A DNA stretch of 22,965 nt from Chiloscyllium plagiosum (taxonomy: Eukaryota). The stretch covers positions 71,666,080 to 71,689,044 of the forward strand of contig NC_057711.1 of assembly GCF_004010195.1 (NCBI RefSeq), given 5' to 3'. Shown piece by piece: positions 10,238 through 21,520 of the stretch; within the stretch, counting starts at the first letter, position 1, and every line of letters begins with the position of its first letter. Below the pieces are notes generated by a model. The model did not search any database, had not been told where the DNA came from, and saw nothing but the letters and a program-made list of their open reading frames with translations. Position numbers and translations under genes: made by a program.

Positions 10238-11879
10238 AAGTGGACAATAACAGCCACCATTTTTCCTGTACATGATCCAGGTAGACATTGAACTCTGTCT
10301 ACTGGCAGAAGTCAGCAATTTTAAAGGCAGAGAAGATCTACTGGCAGGGAATTGAATCACAATTTAAGTGTGTTTTTAAAAAGCTGAAAAGTTGAAATCT
10401 TGCCCTGGCACAGTGGTTTCATATTGCAGCTGAATTCACCTTCAGTGTGAATGAGGGATGCACGCCTCCAGCATACTGTTACATTTCTTCCAGCAACGTC
10501 AGCTCTGCAATCTTAACTGCGTCGTAATTCAGAGTCAAAAGGAAACCGGTCTTCAAGTCAGACAACATCGAAGTCTAAATCAGTATTCTATGACTGTAAA
10601 ATTAGGAAGATTGTATGTTGTGACTTCACACTGCAAATGTCAGAATGTCTTTTCACTCATGGTACTGAGCGATCGATAGGTGACCTTCACTGTCACTCAA
10701 TACCTCAGTTTTTGCTGTACCACGGAGTCTCTTTTCAAAATACTTTACTGTATTAATAAATCCCCATGCACTGCCCCTGCAGACATCAATTTCATGCTCA
10801 TGATAATACTAGTGTGGCATTAGTACTGAGGTCAATAATAAGAACATGCATGAATCCAGGTCAGGGAAATGAACTTTAAATAATAAGACCCATTCATTTC
10901 TATTTAAACCAGACTGAGCATAAAAGGTCAAACATTTGAGTTTGGAAAGCTCAGTGTGGCAACCAAACTGTCAGCTGCAGAGCTGAGATCAAATGCCTTG
11001 TATTGCATATCACATGTGCGTCGCACAGCTGACCACCCAAGTGTGGATTAACACAAACTGGCATTGCACATTAGTAGCTCTGATACCTTATTCACAGCAA
11101 CTTTGCAGAAAGAGTCAATTAGCTGAAAAGTATTATTTAATAGAACTAACATAATTGCTTTAAATTATGACTTTTTAGATTTATAGGATCAATTGTCATT
11201 TCTTTCCTTTTGGGTAGGGTTTCTATTGTGCATCTCTATTTTCTCTACAATGGAAATACCTCGTATTTTTCACAATATTTGGATTCCTCCACAGCTTGAT
11301 TCAAAACACAACTTTCTGTGTGCTTCACAAGAGGCTGTTATCATTTAACCTTAGGACATGTGACTGCTAGGCAATTCAATCAGGGGGAAATTTGGGGGCA
11401 ACTTAGCCCACACCCTCCCAATGAACCAACACCTAGATGATGGTCAGGTGGCCCACAATATGAATTTATTAGAATACTGCAGAATTATGTATACCAGTCA
11501 TGACAGGATGGTTGCAAATTGAACAGGTTGGGAGAGTCTACGTGGAAGTAGAGGCCATTGGAAAATCAAAATGAGTGGTCAGAGATAACAGCATTCTGTG
11601 TAAAGTGTTGGTGTTCTGCAGTCACAGTTTTCTCAATTTGGGATACCTTTATATCTCGCGTGGCCACACATACTCTCAACAGGAGCACTGGACAATGACC
11701 TGCCATTTAAATCTTGAGGCAGGACATTTGATCCTTTCTGCCTGAAAGATGGGCACAACAAGACCCTATATCATGATCTCTTTCTCACGAGTAAGATATT
11801 CTGCAGTGAGCGATTTCTATGCCTCCTTTAATGAAAACAAATGCTGACACAAAACATGTCTGAGTAAGATCTCCGATGT

Positions 11880-12085
11880 ATTAAGGTGGATATGTGCAGA
11901 TTAGTGTTTGGTATCATGGGACTCCAATCATGACCTTATTGTATTGGGAGCTTACTGTGTACATATTGGCATTGCATTTTGTACATTACAGCAGTGCTGA
12001 TGCTTCAAAAGTACAAAATATTTTGAAACACTCTGGGTACCTTGATACCATGAGAGAAGCTACATAAATGCAAGCTTCTTTTTTA
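11880..12085 (+). mobile_element. Degenerate Deu-domain SINE 3' part
   Basis: 'gggagcttactgtg...tacattacagcagtg...cttcaaaagtac...gctacataaatgcaagc'. Confidence 0.65.
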
Positions 12086-12603
12086 TCTTTTTAATCATGT
12101 TATGAATATCCTAACAAGCAGTGAATTTTCAAAGAGAAACTCTGGGACGCACAAAACGCATTTGCTCCCTTTTTCTCTGGTAGTTCTGTGGCTTTTCCAC
12201 TTAAGTTACAACAGATGAGCTAGAGAGCCTGCATTGTAAATCATCCCCCGCGTTGTTACTTCCTGAGGCAAGATGGTGATCAGATTTAAGACCTAGGTGT
12301 ACTGTACATTCATGAAATAGATTTGTACCAAAGATACATTTTCTGTATCTAATTTTTCAAAGGCGGTGAAAAGGAATAGTGACTACACTACGATGCTTCA
12401 GTATGGAAATGTCTCACAGTCACAACAGTGAGCAATCCAGACAGGTCTATGCCCAATAGCTTAATTAAAGAACATCTGAGGCTAATTTGAGGGATTTGTG
12501 TGCCTCCGTTAGTGAAAAACAAATGCAGGCACAGGGCATGCCTGAATGAGTCTCCCGTTGCAGTGCACCGGATATGTGCAATGTACTGTTTGGTAACTGA
12601 ATT

Positions 12604-12616
12604 AGGTCAGAGTTCA
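12604..12616 (+). promoter_or_regulatory. DR1-type nuclear receptor element AGGTCA-g-AGTTCA
   Basis: Two RGKTCA half-sites spaced by 1 nt in repeat-free DNA. Motif match only. Confidence 0.3.
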
Positions 12617-14009
12617 GCCCTGATCCATATCAGTGCTCGGATCACGCTACACAACCAGAATGATTCACGTCACTGTCCTGTGAAAAGTTTTATTGGCAAA
12701 TTTGAAGTTTATGCAATTCCTCTCTTCCTTTGAAGTCTTGATGTTTTATGTTAAAAAGCATTAACGTTGTACATAATATAGGGGTGTCTCAAAAGCTCCA
12801 ATTTCCTTTTATACCCAAACACTCAATTTATTTTTATGCTAGGAACTCAAGGGACCGCAAACTAGTAGTTTCCTATTAAAAGCATATGAGGTCTTTCTCT
12901 GCACTGCATTAAAATACATTTCTTTCTTAATTTTCCGTCACTTATTGACACTCTATTTGCAGGAGAATATGTTTTAATTTAGCAGTTGACAACATTGAGT
13001 AGGACCAATTATTAGTACAGTTTAAATAATTTTCTTGGAGATTATTTAAACCAAGAGATTATGTTACTTTTTTGTCTGTATTCATTTGCTTTGATGGATG
13101 AAGTCTACTATTTAAGAACCACATCAAAACCTGCTGATCTATGTTTCGGATTCTCAGAACACTAGCCACATTTATTTTGCTGCCTAAGCGCCAGAAAACT
13201 TTTTTTCCCCTTGATCTAGACCGGTTTGCTTGACATGAGTCAACAAATGCAGCCTGGCCAAAAGAATAACGCCTTTTATGAAAAAGCTCAGATGTTAGCT
13301 CACTTCTACACTTAAAATCTTGCGGTTTCACTGACCACCATTTGTAGCACATTCCCAGCATTCTTTTTATCAGTCTTGTCAGATGATACTCAGTGCATAC
13401 TGTGGGAGAGAGAGTATGAAAACAGGAAGCCCTTTTCTCTTTACAATAACAGCAGCTCCCATGCTGACAGTTGTAAAGGAAAAGCAGTCGACTGCCTGAC
13501 AAGATACCACAGTAATACTGGAATTCTGTACACGGCATGCAATTAGTATGGGGCTGCACAGTTTGTACTCAATTAGATAGCAAAACAAGATAAATTCTGA
13601 CAGAAAAAATAGCAGGTTGGCATTACGTGACCTGTTTATGTCAAGCTAAAGCTGGAGATATTCTGATCAGGAGCTAAAGCATTAACCCGTAAGATTTCCT
13701 ACCATTCACAAGGTGAATTGCTATGGCTTTCATTCACCTCATCAACCCTGCTCTGCTTCCACAACAGACAAGCCCATACAAAGACGGCAATATAAATCAG
13801 GTCTCGTTTGGGCCTTTATATGCCAGTCAATAAGCTGCTGAAAGGCAGACGGGCTTTTATGAACCACTGAACCCTAAAGCTAGCCTGCCTAATTTGTGTT
13901 GCAGGATATTCAATCCAGAATTGGTGCCTCAACAGGACATATTTACCCTTCTTATCTGGGTTTGCTACTCATCTGATCTTAACTTATATACCCACGCATA
14001 GTTATAGTT

Positions 14010-14260
14010 GGGGAGATGATGGCCTAGTGACATTATCGCTGAACTGTTAATCCAGAGACCCATGCAATGTTCTGGGGACCAGGGTTTGAATTGCGCCATG
14101 GTGGATTATGAATATTTTTTTAATCTGACGACCATGAATCCATTGTCAACTGTTGGAACATATCTGGTTCACTAGTGGCCTTTAGGAAAGGAAATTGCCA
14201 TCCTTACCTGGTCTGGCCTACATGTGACTCCAGACCCTCATCCTGTGAATGAAAAAAAAG
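14010..14260 (+). mobile_element. tRNA-derived SINE (second shark family), internally deleted
   Basis: A-box 'tggcctagtg', B-box 'ggtttgaattgc', body 'ccttacctggtctggcctacatgtgactccagacc' and tail 'tgaatgaaaaaaa'. Confidence 0.8.
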
Positions 14261-14730
14261 CAACTTTAACTAAAAGAGTGACTATCATTAACACAGAAAA
14301 TCATCCCAAGGTCCTTCACAGAAGCATAATCAGACAAAAGAAAATAATATACCGACTTTCTAAGATAGAAATACAATAAGAGGGAGACCAAAAGGCAAGT
14401 CAAGGAATGCAGAGAGTTGTATAGGTTCCGAAAGAAACTTCCAGAACGTGCAGATTAATGGATTGAAGAGACAGCTGGTAATGGCAGGCAAATAGGATGC
14501 ACTACAGGTCAGAGTTAAAGGAATGAAGAACTCATAGAGCAGGAGACAGCACATTGAAAAGGGGCTTGGCTGAAAAGCAATTTAAGCAGAAGGTTAAGAA
14601 TTTTAAATTGGTGAACCTGAATAAACAGAGCCAACGTAGGTGAGTGAAGACAGGAGTGATAGGTGAACAGAGCTATTGGAGAAGGTCATTCCAAGACAGA
14701 TTCGGAAGGTAGCTGTGGATTTATTCAAAA
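14261..14730 (-). mobile_element. Degenerate L2-clade LINE 3' fragment
   Basis: 'tcccaaggtccttcacag', 'aagaattttaaatt' and 'gagccaacgtaggtgagtgaagacaggagtgataggtgaac' match my recollection of the antisense shark L2 3' end. Confidence 0.6.
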
Positions 14731-14852
14731 GGTAAAATACAAGCCTCTAAATTATAGCCACGTGTGAGTAGGGACGCTGAAGGGAAGTCATGATTTAGAG
14801 TAGGAATAAGGGAAGGGTAAATTATCCAACAGGAGAGAAACATAACTTTCAG

Positions 14853-14911
14853 GGTCATAGAGGTATACTGCATGGAAATAGGCCTTTCGGCCCATCACAT
14901 CCATGCAGATC
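14853..14911 (-). mobile_element. Short CR1/HE1-type 3' tail fragment
   Basis: 'catggaaataggcctttcggccc' parallels 'gtggaaacaggcccttcggccc' at about 9099. Confidence 0.6.
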
Positions 14912-15930
14912 AGTTAATTGAGCAAAAGGAAGGCTACGAGACAGGGGTTCAGAGGGGCCACAAGAAAAAGGGAGAGAAATAATAGTCAGGAGTAGCAGTC
15001 AAGATGCTCACACATAATTGGTGTAGATGTAATTCATGTTACATAGATAACGGCTGAGATTCATCCTGGCTGTAAACAAGGAACAATCTCCATTAATCCA
15101 GGTGCAATGTGTCGGCTGTCAAAAATGGTTCCATGTTACAATAGTGTTAGTATATACAATAGATCAACAGCCAGCAACAGGTGTGAAATCTCACTGGTTT
15201 AACACGAATGGAGAGAATTTCTTCCCTTAAATCCAGTTTCTGCCAAAGAAAATTAATAGCAGATTCATTTACTCATATCAGTGAGTTTCTGCTGACCATC
15301 ATAATGTTTGTCAAGGTTTCTCTGTTTCAAAAGATGCAAGACAACCCTATGATAAATGTTTCTTTGTCCTTCTCAGTCAAACCTCCCAGTTCACATTATA
15401 AATTCTCCTCCTTTCTGGCTTTGGTACTTATTTTGGCTTTAGGACACTTAGTATGTTGCATGATCATACCACAGTGCCTTTCATATGATAATTCTGGCAG
15501 TGAAGCCAGTAAATCCTTGCTCTCTAGTTAATTGTATGAGTTTATTGCTACCTTCCTACCTAGAGATCCTCATCAGCGAGCATCTGTTGCCCACAGTAAT
15601 TCAAGAGCTCGCCTGCCTAACCAGCACAATTATGTGTTTCCTGGAAATCAGCCAACTTTATTTTTTGATATTGGATAGTCTAAAGAAGCTGCTGTAAGCA
15701 AGATTTTTTAAATTCAAATCATTGAGTTGCATTCATCCTTCTGCAGAATTATACTGGTGTTGCACAGAGTTAATATTAAATGACTTTCATATTTTTCACA
15801 CTGAATTTACCTTTCACAAAGCACAGTAAAACTGGTTGAGGCTTGTTCAGTGCGCATCAATTGACTGGCTTATTTACACTTTCAGCCTAGCAAGACTCTG
15901 AATGGCTGAATCATTCCGATCAAGTCTGCA

Positions 15931-16206
15931 AAGGGTTATTTAATCCTGGTTGATTTTAGCCAGTCAACACTAGGAATCGACAGCTAGGGTTCCTGCTCAT
16001 CATCAGTTCAAAGTAACCCCTGCTTTAAGTGTATAATAATGTTAATGTGTTCAAGGCACAACTGGGCTCAGTTCAGTGGCCTTTGCTACTTTATAATCTT
16101 GAGTAACATATTGACATTCACTATCTATCTGCACACATAAAGAATGCTCACTTAGATGAAGCGTTGGAGGATGATCGGTATCCCAGAAATGATTTTAATG
16201 TTTGTT
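15931..16206 (+). repeat. Direct duplicate, copy A (copy B at 16777-17052)
   Basis: Collinear over about 276 bp at an offset of about 845 bp. Confidence 0.97.
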
Positions 16207-16776
16207 TAAACATGGCATTTCAGACTACAGTGATTGACAGGCACTATGTGACCTCCAAACCACATAGGCATTCAGTGATTTTAGCTTCTGCTCAATCAAA
16301 ACTGCAATTCTTTCAGTCATATAATATCTGGAAAAGTGACATAATGATAATAGGCAGGTGGGAGTACTGAACATATTCACTGCATACATGCTGAATTTAT
16401 ATCAGTACTTGACCTACAAAAAGATCACAAGGGTTCAAGTCCATTCTAATACAAGTAGATCAATGACTAAACAAACTGTGCAAGCTGATCTTGTCATGCA
16501 TTTGCTTTAACAGAGTAGAGTCATAATCAGCTTATTCCTTCTTGCTTATTATTTTCACATCCTTGTCATTTAACAGACTGTAACTAGTGCTATGCTTATA
16601 AGAATAATGTTCCAAATATCCAGCTGTCTAATTTTCAAAGACACCCATGTGCCTTGCAATCTTTGTAACCTTATTTGTCATAGAATTTGTTTCTGTTCTA
16701 TATGTTTCAATTGCTTTAAAATGGTAAGTATTTTGTATTCAAAATAATTTTACATTAGGAAACTAATGTATACTTT

Positions 16777-17052
16777 AAGGGTTATTACTCCTGTTTGATT
16801 TTAGCCCGTCAGCACTAGGATGCTACAGCTAAGGTTCCTGCTCACCATCAGTTCAAAGTAACCCCTGCTTTAAGTGTATAATAATGTTAATGTGTTCAAG
16901 GCACAACTGAGCTCAGTTCAGTGGCCTTTGCTACTTTATAATCTTGAGTAACATATTGACATTCACTATCTATCTGTACACCTAAAGAATGGTCACTTTA
17001 GGTGAAGCATTGGAGGGTGATCAGAATCTCAGAATGGAATTTAATGTTTGTT
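16777..17052 (+). repeat. Direct duplicate, copy B
   Basis: Core 16846-16976 differs from 16001-16131 at a single base. Confidence 0.97.
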
Positions 17053-17203
17053 CAAGACAAAAATGTGAAAAAAGGAATTCCAGATTATGTCTCCATTTTT
17101 CATTAATGTTAAACCAATTTATGAGCTTGATGTTATCTGTTGTGTAAAATCTACCTGTAAGAACAAACAAATTCAGGTACCAACCAATTTTAGCTATTGG
17201 CAT

Positions 17204-17297
17204 ATTCGCCTCTGGTCAGGAAATTGTTAGTTCAAGGATCACTCCAGGACCAGAGTGCATAATCAAGACTGAAATCCTTTGTGACAGTGACTGTGGG
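17204..17297 (+). mobile_element. Deu-SINE tRNA-like head fragment
   Basis: 'tcgcctctggtcaggaaattgttagttcaag...cactccag' is the sense counterpart of about 1500-1570. Confidence 0.5.
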
Positions 17298-17302
17298 GCA
17301 TT

Positions 17303-17742
17303 TTCCCTCGTTGTTCTATTTGACCTCTCAGTAGTCTTTGTCACAATTGATTTCACACGCCTTCTCTAATGCCTCTCCATTGTCGAGCTCAGTGGGACTC
17401 GCCTTCCTTGGTTTTGCTCTTGCGTATTCAACTGTAACCAGAGCATCTTCAACAATGGCTTCTCCTCCCTATCATTACCTGTGGAGGCATTCAAGGATGT
17501 ATCTCTTTCTAGGCCCCTTTCACATCTTTATTTACATGTTGCCCTTAGCAACATTATCCAAAGACCTAGGGTCATGCTCGACAATTCTATTGCTCTGCAC
17601 TTGCTATTTCCATTAAGTCCCTTTTTACACAAGCTTTTCTTGTGATATATCATTTGGCTTGTGTCCATTACTGTATCTCAGAAATCCCTTGAGAATCCTT
17701 TCTTCATTAAAAGCAATATATAAATTTAAGTTATTATTGTTG
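17303..17742 (+). pseudogene. L2-clade reverse transcriptase remnant joined to an L2 3' tail (internally deleted LINE)
   Basis: Translates as SLVVLFDLSVVFVTIDFTRLL*CLS...LSGT..WF and, after a frameshift, LGPFHIFIYMLPL. These are decayed LDLSAAFDTVDH and LGPLLFxIYM RT motifs. Ends 'atataaatttaagttattattgttg'. Confidence 0.8.
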
Positions 17743-18620
17743 ACCAATCAGTGCCAAGTTGAATGGTTTGCATTCTTAAAGGTATTGTTCTTTTGAGCTT
17801 AAAACAAGATCCCAGAACCCAAATTGATATTCCCACTTAAACAATTCCAACAAAAAAAAATTAACTGATCATAAATCTTGTTGCGTACAAATATTCAGTC
17901 ACATCTGCCTGTACAACACTCAAGATGGTTCAAAGCATTTTATTCTATGTGAAATATTGGCAATATTTGTAAGCATGATTAAATATGATACAAGTGCAAG
18001 TTCTTTCTTAACTTGATCTTGAATCTACAATGAAACAACTCTCAACATTCACAGGAAATATTCAACTGGTCTGCTCAGAAAGCCAGTTACTCCTTTTAAC
18101 AATATCTCTTTAGATTGAGAACAAGGAGCTACTATATTAAATCAGTTAAGATTACTATCTTAAATGGCCTGAATACGATGTATTGTGACAAGGGTGAATC
18201 AGCACCATCGTGTTTTTGTAACTGGTAACTTTGGCTTTTCACCAGCAATCATTGTAATTGGATACCCATATGGGTGCCTATGTCTGATTGCTTCTATGAT
18301 ATGTTAGTTCAAAGGGACAAATAATAGGGATTACCATCTGGTCCATATCCTTTATAAAAAACTGGTGAAGAGATACAAAGGCCAAAAAAAAACTTTTAGC
18401 ACTGCAACATCCAATGGTTATATTTATAAAACAAATCTCAAACTGATAAGGTTGAAGTAATGTCCTGAGTAGACAAGAATTTGATAACAAAAATTTCTAT
18501 TTATGGAGCTCCTTATCACAGCCTCAGAACATCTCTACATATACTACAACACCTGAACAAGTATGTGAGCAATCCAGGAATTACATTGCAATAGCAAACA
18601 GCAATTGAAGTGATCAGGGT

Positions 18621-18765
18621 AAGAATAAAAAAAGAGTACAGTCATTTGGCTCTTCAAGTCTGTACCACCATTCAATAAGAGTTTGGCTTAGCTTCTGCCT
18701 CCGCTCCACCCCTTAACTTTCTTTGTACCCCGAAATCTAATAGGACCTGACTGGAATATACTCAA
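18621..18765 (-). mobile_element. Degenerate CR1 3' tail fragment
   Basis: 'catttggctcttcaagtctgtaccaccattcaataag' parallels 4900-4945. Confidence 0.55.
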
Positions 18766-18884
18766 CTTTCACCTTATCCCAGTTCCAACCTTCCAATTCG
18801 GCCTCACGACCTGTCCAGTTGTCCATCTTCCTTCCCATCTATCCGCTCCATCCTCTTCTCCGACCTATCACCATTACCCCCACC

Positions 18885-18967
18885 TCACATAACACCAGGT
18901 TATAGTCCAACAGATTTATTTGGAAGCATTAGCTTTCGGAGCACTGCTCTTTCATCAGATGATTGTG
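18885..18967 (-). mobile_element. Short PLE-terminus fragment (family B) carrying a hammerhead motif
   Basis: Minus strand reads '...catctgatgaaagagcagtgctccgaaagctaatgcttccaaataaatctgttggactataacctggtgtt'. Confidence 0.65.
18927..18961 (-). ncRNA. Minimal type I hammerhead ribozyme-like motif (family B)
   Basis: CAU-CUGAUGA-A-AGAGC-AGU-GCUCC-GAAA-GCUA-AUG: intact core, stem I CAU/AUG, stem II with a basal A-C mismatch, palindromic AGCU stem III. Confidence 0.6.
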
Positions 18968-19294
18968 AAGGGCTTTTGCCTGAAATGTCGAATGCTGCCT
19001 GCACAGTTGTGCTTTTTCAGCAACACACTCTTGACTCTGATCTCCAGCATCTGCAGTGCTCACTTTCTCCTAGTTGATTTTCACTCCAAAGATTTGTCAG
19101 CTTCTTTGAGATAGGCAGACAGTTATGCTTATTAAGAGCTTTGTTAAAAATTTAGGAGACCATTTGGGATTTTCTAGTTGGCCTCCAGTGGTCAAAAGGA
19201 GGGGGATGTCTTGTGATACAGTGGTAGAAACCCTACTTCTGAGATCTAGGAGGCCCAGGATCAAATCCCAACTACTGCAGATGTGTACCATAAC

Positions 19295-19330
19295 CTCCTG
19301 AAGAAGGGCTTATGCCTGAAACGTCAATTC
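19295..19330 (+). ncRNA. Minimal type I hammerhead ribozyme-like motif (family A)
   Basis: CUGAAGA (19298-19304)-A-GGGC-UUAU-GCCU-GAAA-CGUC; stem I is weakened. Confidence 0.6.
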
Positions 19331-19388
19331 TCTGTTCCCTGGATGCTGCCTGACCTGCTGCGCTTTTCCAGCAACACATTTTCAGCTC
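19295..19388 (+). mobile_element. 94-bp PLE-terminus mini-insert flanked by an 11-bp target-site duplication
   Basis: TGTACCATAAC occurs at 19284-19294 and at 19389-19399. Confidence 0.85.
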
Positions 19389-19550
19389 TGTACCATAACA
19401 TATGCAAACAACTTGATTTAAAGATGTTTAGCTGTCTGATGTGACAGGAGACAGATCAATTGTGTGGAGACTGATTGTCATCCATCCTGACAGATCGATA
19501 GGTTTTTCCTACATTCCAAATATAGCCCAAACACAACCTACAACGGTGAT

Positions 19551-20197
19551 TGTGATGCTTTTATGGCTTTATGGGGTGTATTTTGTCCTTTTTTTAATGA
19601 AGAAAAGTTGATACAAAACCACTGAGCAGTCTGCTCCAAAGCCAGTAAAGTAAACACCCTGTGAGACCTCGGGTTTTTGTTTTATAAGTTCAAATAATAG
19701 AAGCAGCCTGAATGGGTGGGGTCAAGCGCCCACAGAACCCGGATTTTTACTTTTGGTTTACAGTAACAGTTGGTAGGGTCTTGAAACTTGATGTGGAAGC
19801 TCTTATTCTTCTGTTTGCTACAGCTAAAAGCTGGGATTCTCTTCTTGCTGCTAGAATTACATGTGAGACAATCTATTTTCCTGAATTTGCCTTTGCCAGA
19901 TGAGTGTTTATGGGATTTTACTATATTGGAACAGTTGGTTAGTAGTAGTTAATATTTAGAATGTTTTGTTAATATTTGAATAGAGTTATAGCTAATCCAA
20001 TTCTTTCATTGTTATTTTGTCTTTATTTCAAATATAATGTATGAATAACATGTGTTTTGTTTCACTGATGGTTTGACCATTAGACCATTGAACTGTACCC
20101 AGAACAGGCCTAATATACTTACCTTTGAAATAAGATAAAGTTGGGGTCTAAACTCTATTCTGAATATATTTTGAGTGGGTTGGTCTGGTCCATAACA
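19551..20197 (+). mobile_element. Probable solo LTR (647 bp)
   Basis: TG...CA ends with 6/7 inverted termini (tgtgatg / cataaca), T-rich interior, and a poly(A)-signal-like 'aataac' near 20044. No clean TSD (tgat vs gaat). Confidence 0.6.
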
Positions 20198-20410
20198 GAA
20201 TTCCCATTCATAGTAGTAGTCTAGCTGCTGTATTAGTTCTTTCATTAATGTTTTAAAACAATGACTTAGAGGACATCATCTTGATTAGACACCCTCACAG
20301 CTACGCACCATAATACTGCAGCTCAATGCTCCTCTAAAACTGGGAGACTTCCAATTTTGAGAATCTGTCTGCTGTAAATTGGATAGCAAATTAAACAATT
20401 AACAGCTGAG

Positions 20411-20522
20411 ATAGTTTTAATCAACCTGCCTAGAGATAATATTGCATGCTTCTGGAGCAGATGGGACTTGAACCCATCCCTCATACTTCCAAGCTAGAGA
20501 CACTACCACTGCATCACAAGAG
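20411..20522 (-). mobile_element. Short tRNA-derived SINE
   Basis: Antisense B-box 'gggacttgaacc' and antisense A-box region 'ctaccactgcatcaca'. Confidence 0.65.
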
Positions 20523-21059
20523 AAATTCTCAGATTTCCTCCAAAGCAAGTTTCTGAAGCAAAAACAAAACTGGCTCCATGGTGAAAATTCAGTGCTTTGT
20601 GTTTTTTATTATCTCTATCATATGTTTATTCCCCATTTTATTCCTTCTTAATTTAATTTCACCTGCTCTGCCTTTCATGAACACACAATAACTTTCACTT
20701 ATTGCCTCCTTTTTGCAGACACATTGAAGCATTTAGGGCTGAAATTTTGCTATCAGGTTGGATACCTCAAGTTAGGAAATCTTTAACTTCTTTCGCTTGT
20801 CTGAAGTTATGTCTTTTAATGCAGTTTCTCAATCCACTTTATGTAATATTCCCCTCACATTTACATAATTTGCTTGTTGGTATTTAAGATCCTTGTCAAA
20901 ATAGCATTCAAGCAAAACCCAGAATTCTCACATATTATGCTCAAACTGCCTTAGAGAGTGTCGACTAGAAGGTTATTCATGAGCCTTTTCTCATTGCACA
21001 TGCTAAATTTTAAAATAGTCTCTTCTCTAGTTAATTAGTTCCTCAGCTCCTGATCTTGT

Positions 21060-21520
21060 AAACATTCCATGTCCTCCATAACACTACAGTAAGTTTTGTT
21101 TGCCCAGTCTATTTAAAAATTAAAAGTGCCCATGTGTATTGTAACACCCTCATTACATTGGCCTCTAATTTCCTGAATTTCCCTCCACCCAGCAATATAA
21201 CTATCGGGCAGGGACTATAAACAACTCCCACCACTGTTTATTTCACCTTGGCAGTTCTTAGGTCCACCCAAACTGATTCCACTTTCTGATTTTCTGAGAT
21301 TTAATCTATTTCTGGATTGTTTTTATCCCATCCTTTGTTATTAAGCCTAGCACTTTAATTTATCCTTTGGCCTAATTCAGTTTAAGTGACCTGGAACGTT
21401 TAATGCCAAACCATGCTCCCTTTGCAGTCAGGTTAACTATTGGATCAAACCCATCTATTTCCATCTGAGCTATTCATTCATCTAATTTGTTGCAAATGCT
21501 TCACGCAATCAGATGTAGTG
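21060..21520 (-). pseudogene. CR1-clade ORF2 APE endonuclease remnant
   Basis: Minus-strand fragments include LHLIA*SICNKLDE*IAQMEIDGFD, ESVWVDLRTAK, VVGVVYSP and MGTFNF*IDWAN, i.e. decayed NARS/VYRPP/GDFN motifs. Confidence 0.8.

Larger units (their letters stand above)
18766..19075 (+). mobile_element. Penelope-like element 3'/terminal region (family A), interrupted at 18885-18966
   Basis: C-rich segment followed by 'tgaagggcttttgcctgaaatgtcgaatgctgcctg...cagcaacac', homologous to 19295-19388 and to the reverse complement of 22310-22422. Confidence 0.75.
19200..19420 (+). mobile_element. Short tRNA-derived SINE, host of the ribozyme insert
   Basis: A-box-like 'tgatacagtgg' and B-box-like 'ggatcaaatcc'. 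Collinear with the reverse complement of 20411-20522 once 19295-19399 is removed. Confidence 0.65.

Noticed and set aside
10277..10305. Small hairpin ccaggtagaca/tgtctactgg
   Set aside because: Too short for a pre-miRNA and expected by chance.
13059..13559. 166-aa minus-strand ORF
   Set aside because: No recognisable homology, and the composition is not protein-like.
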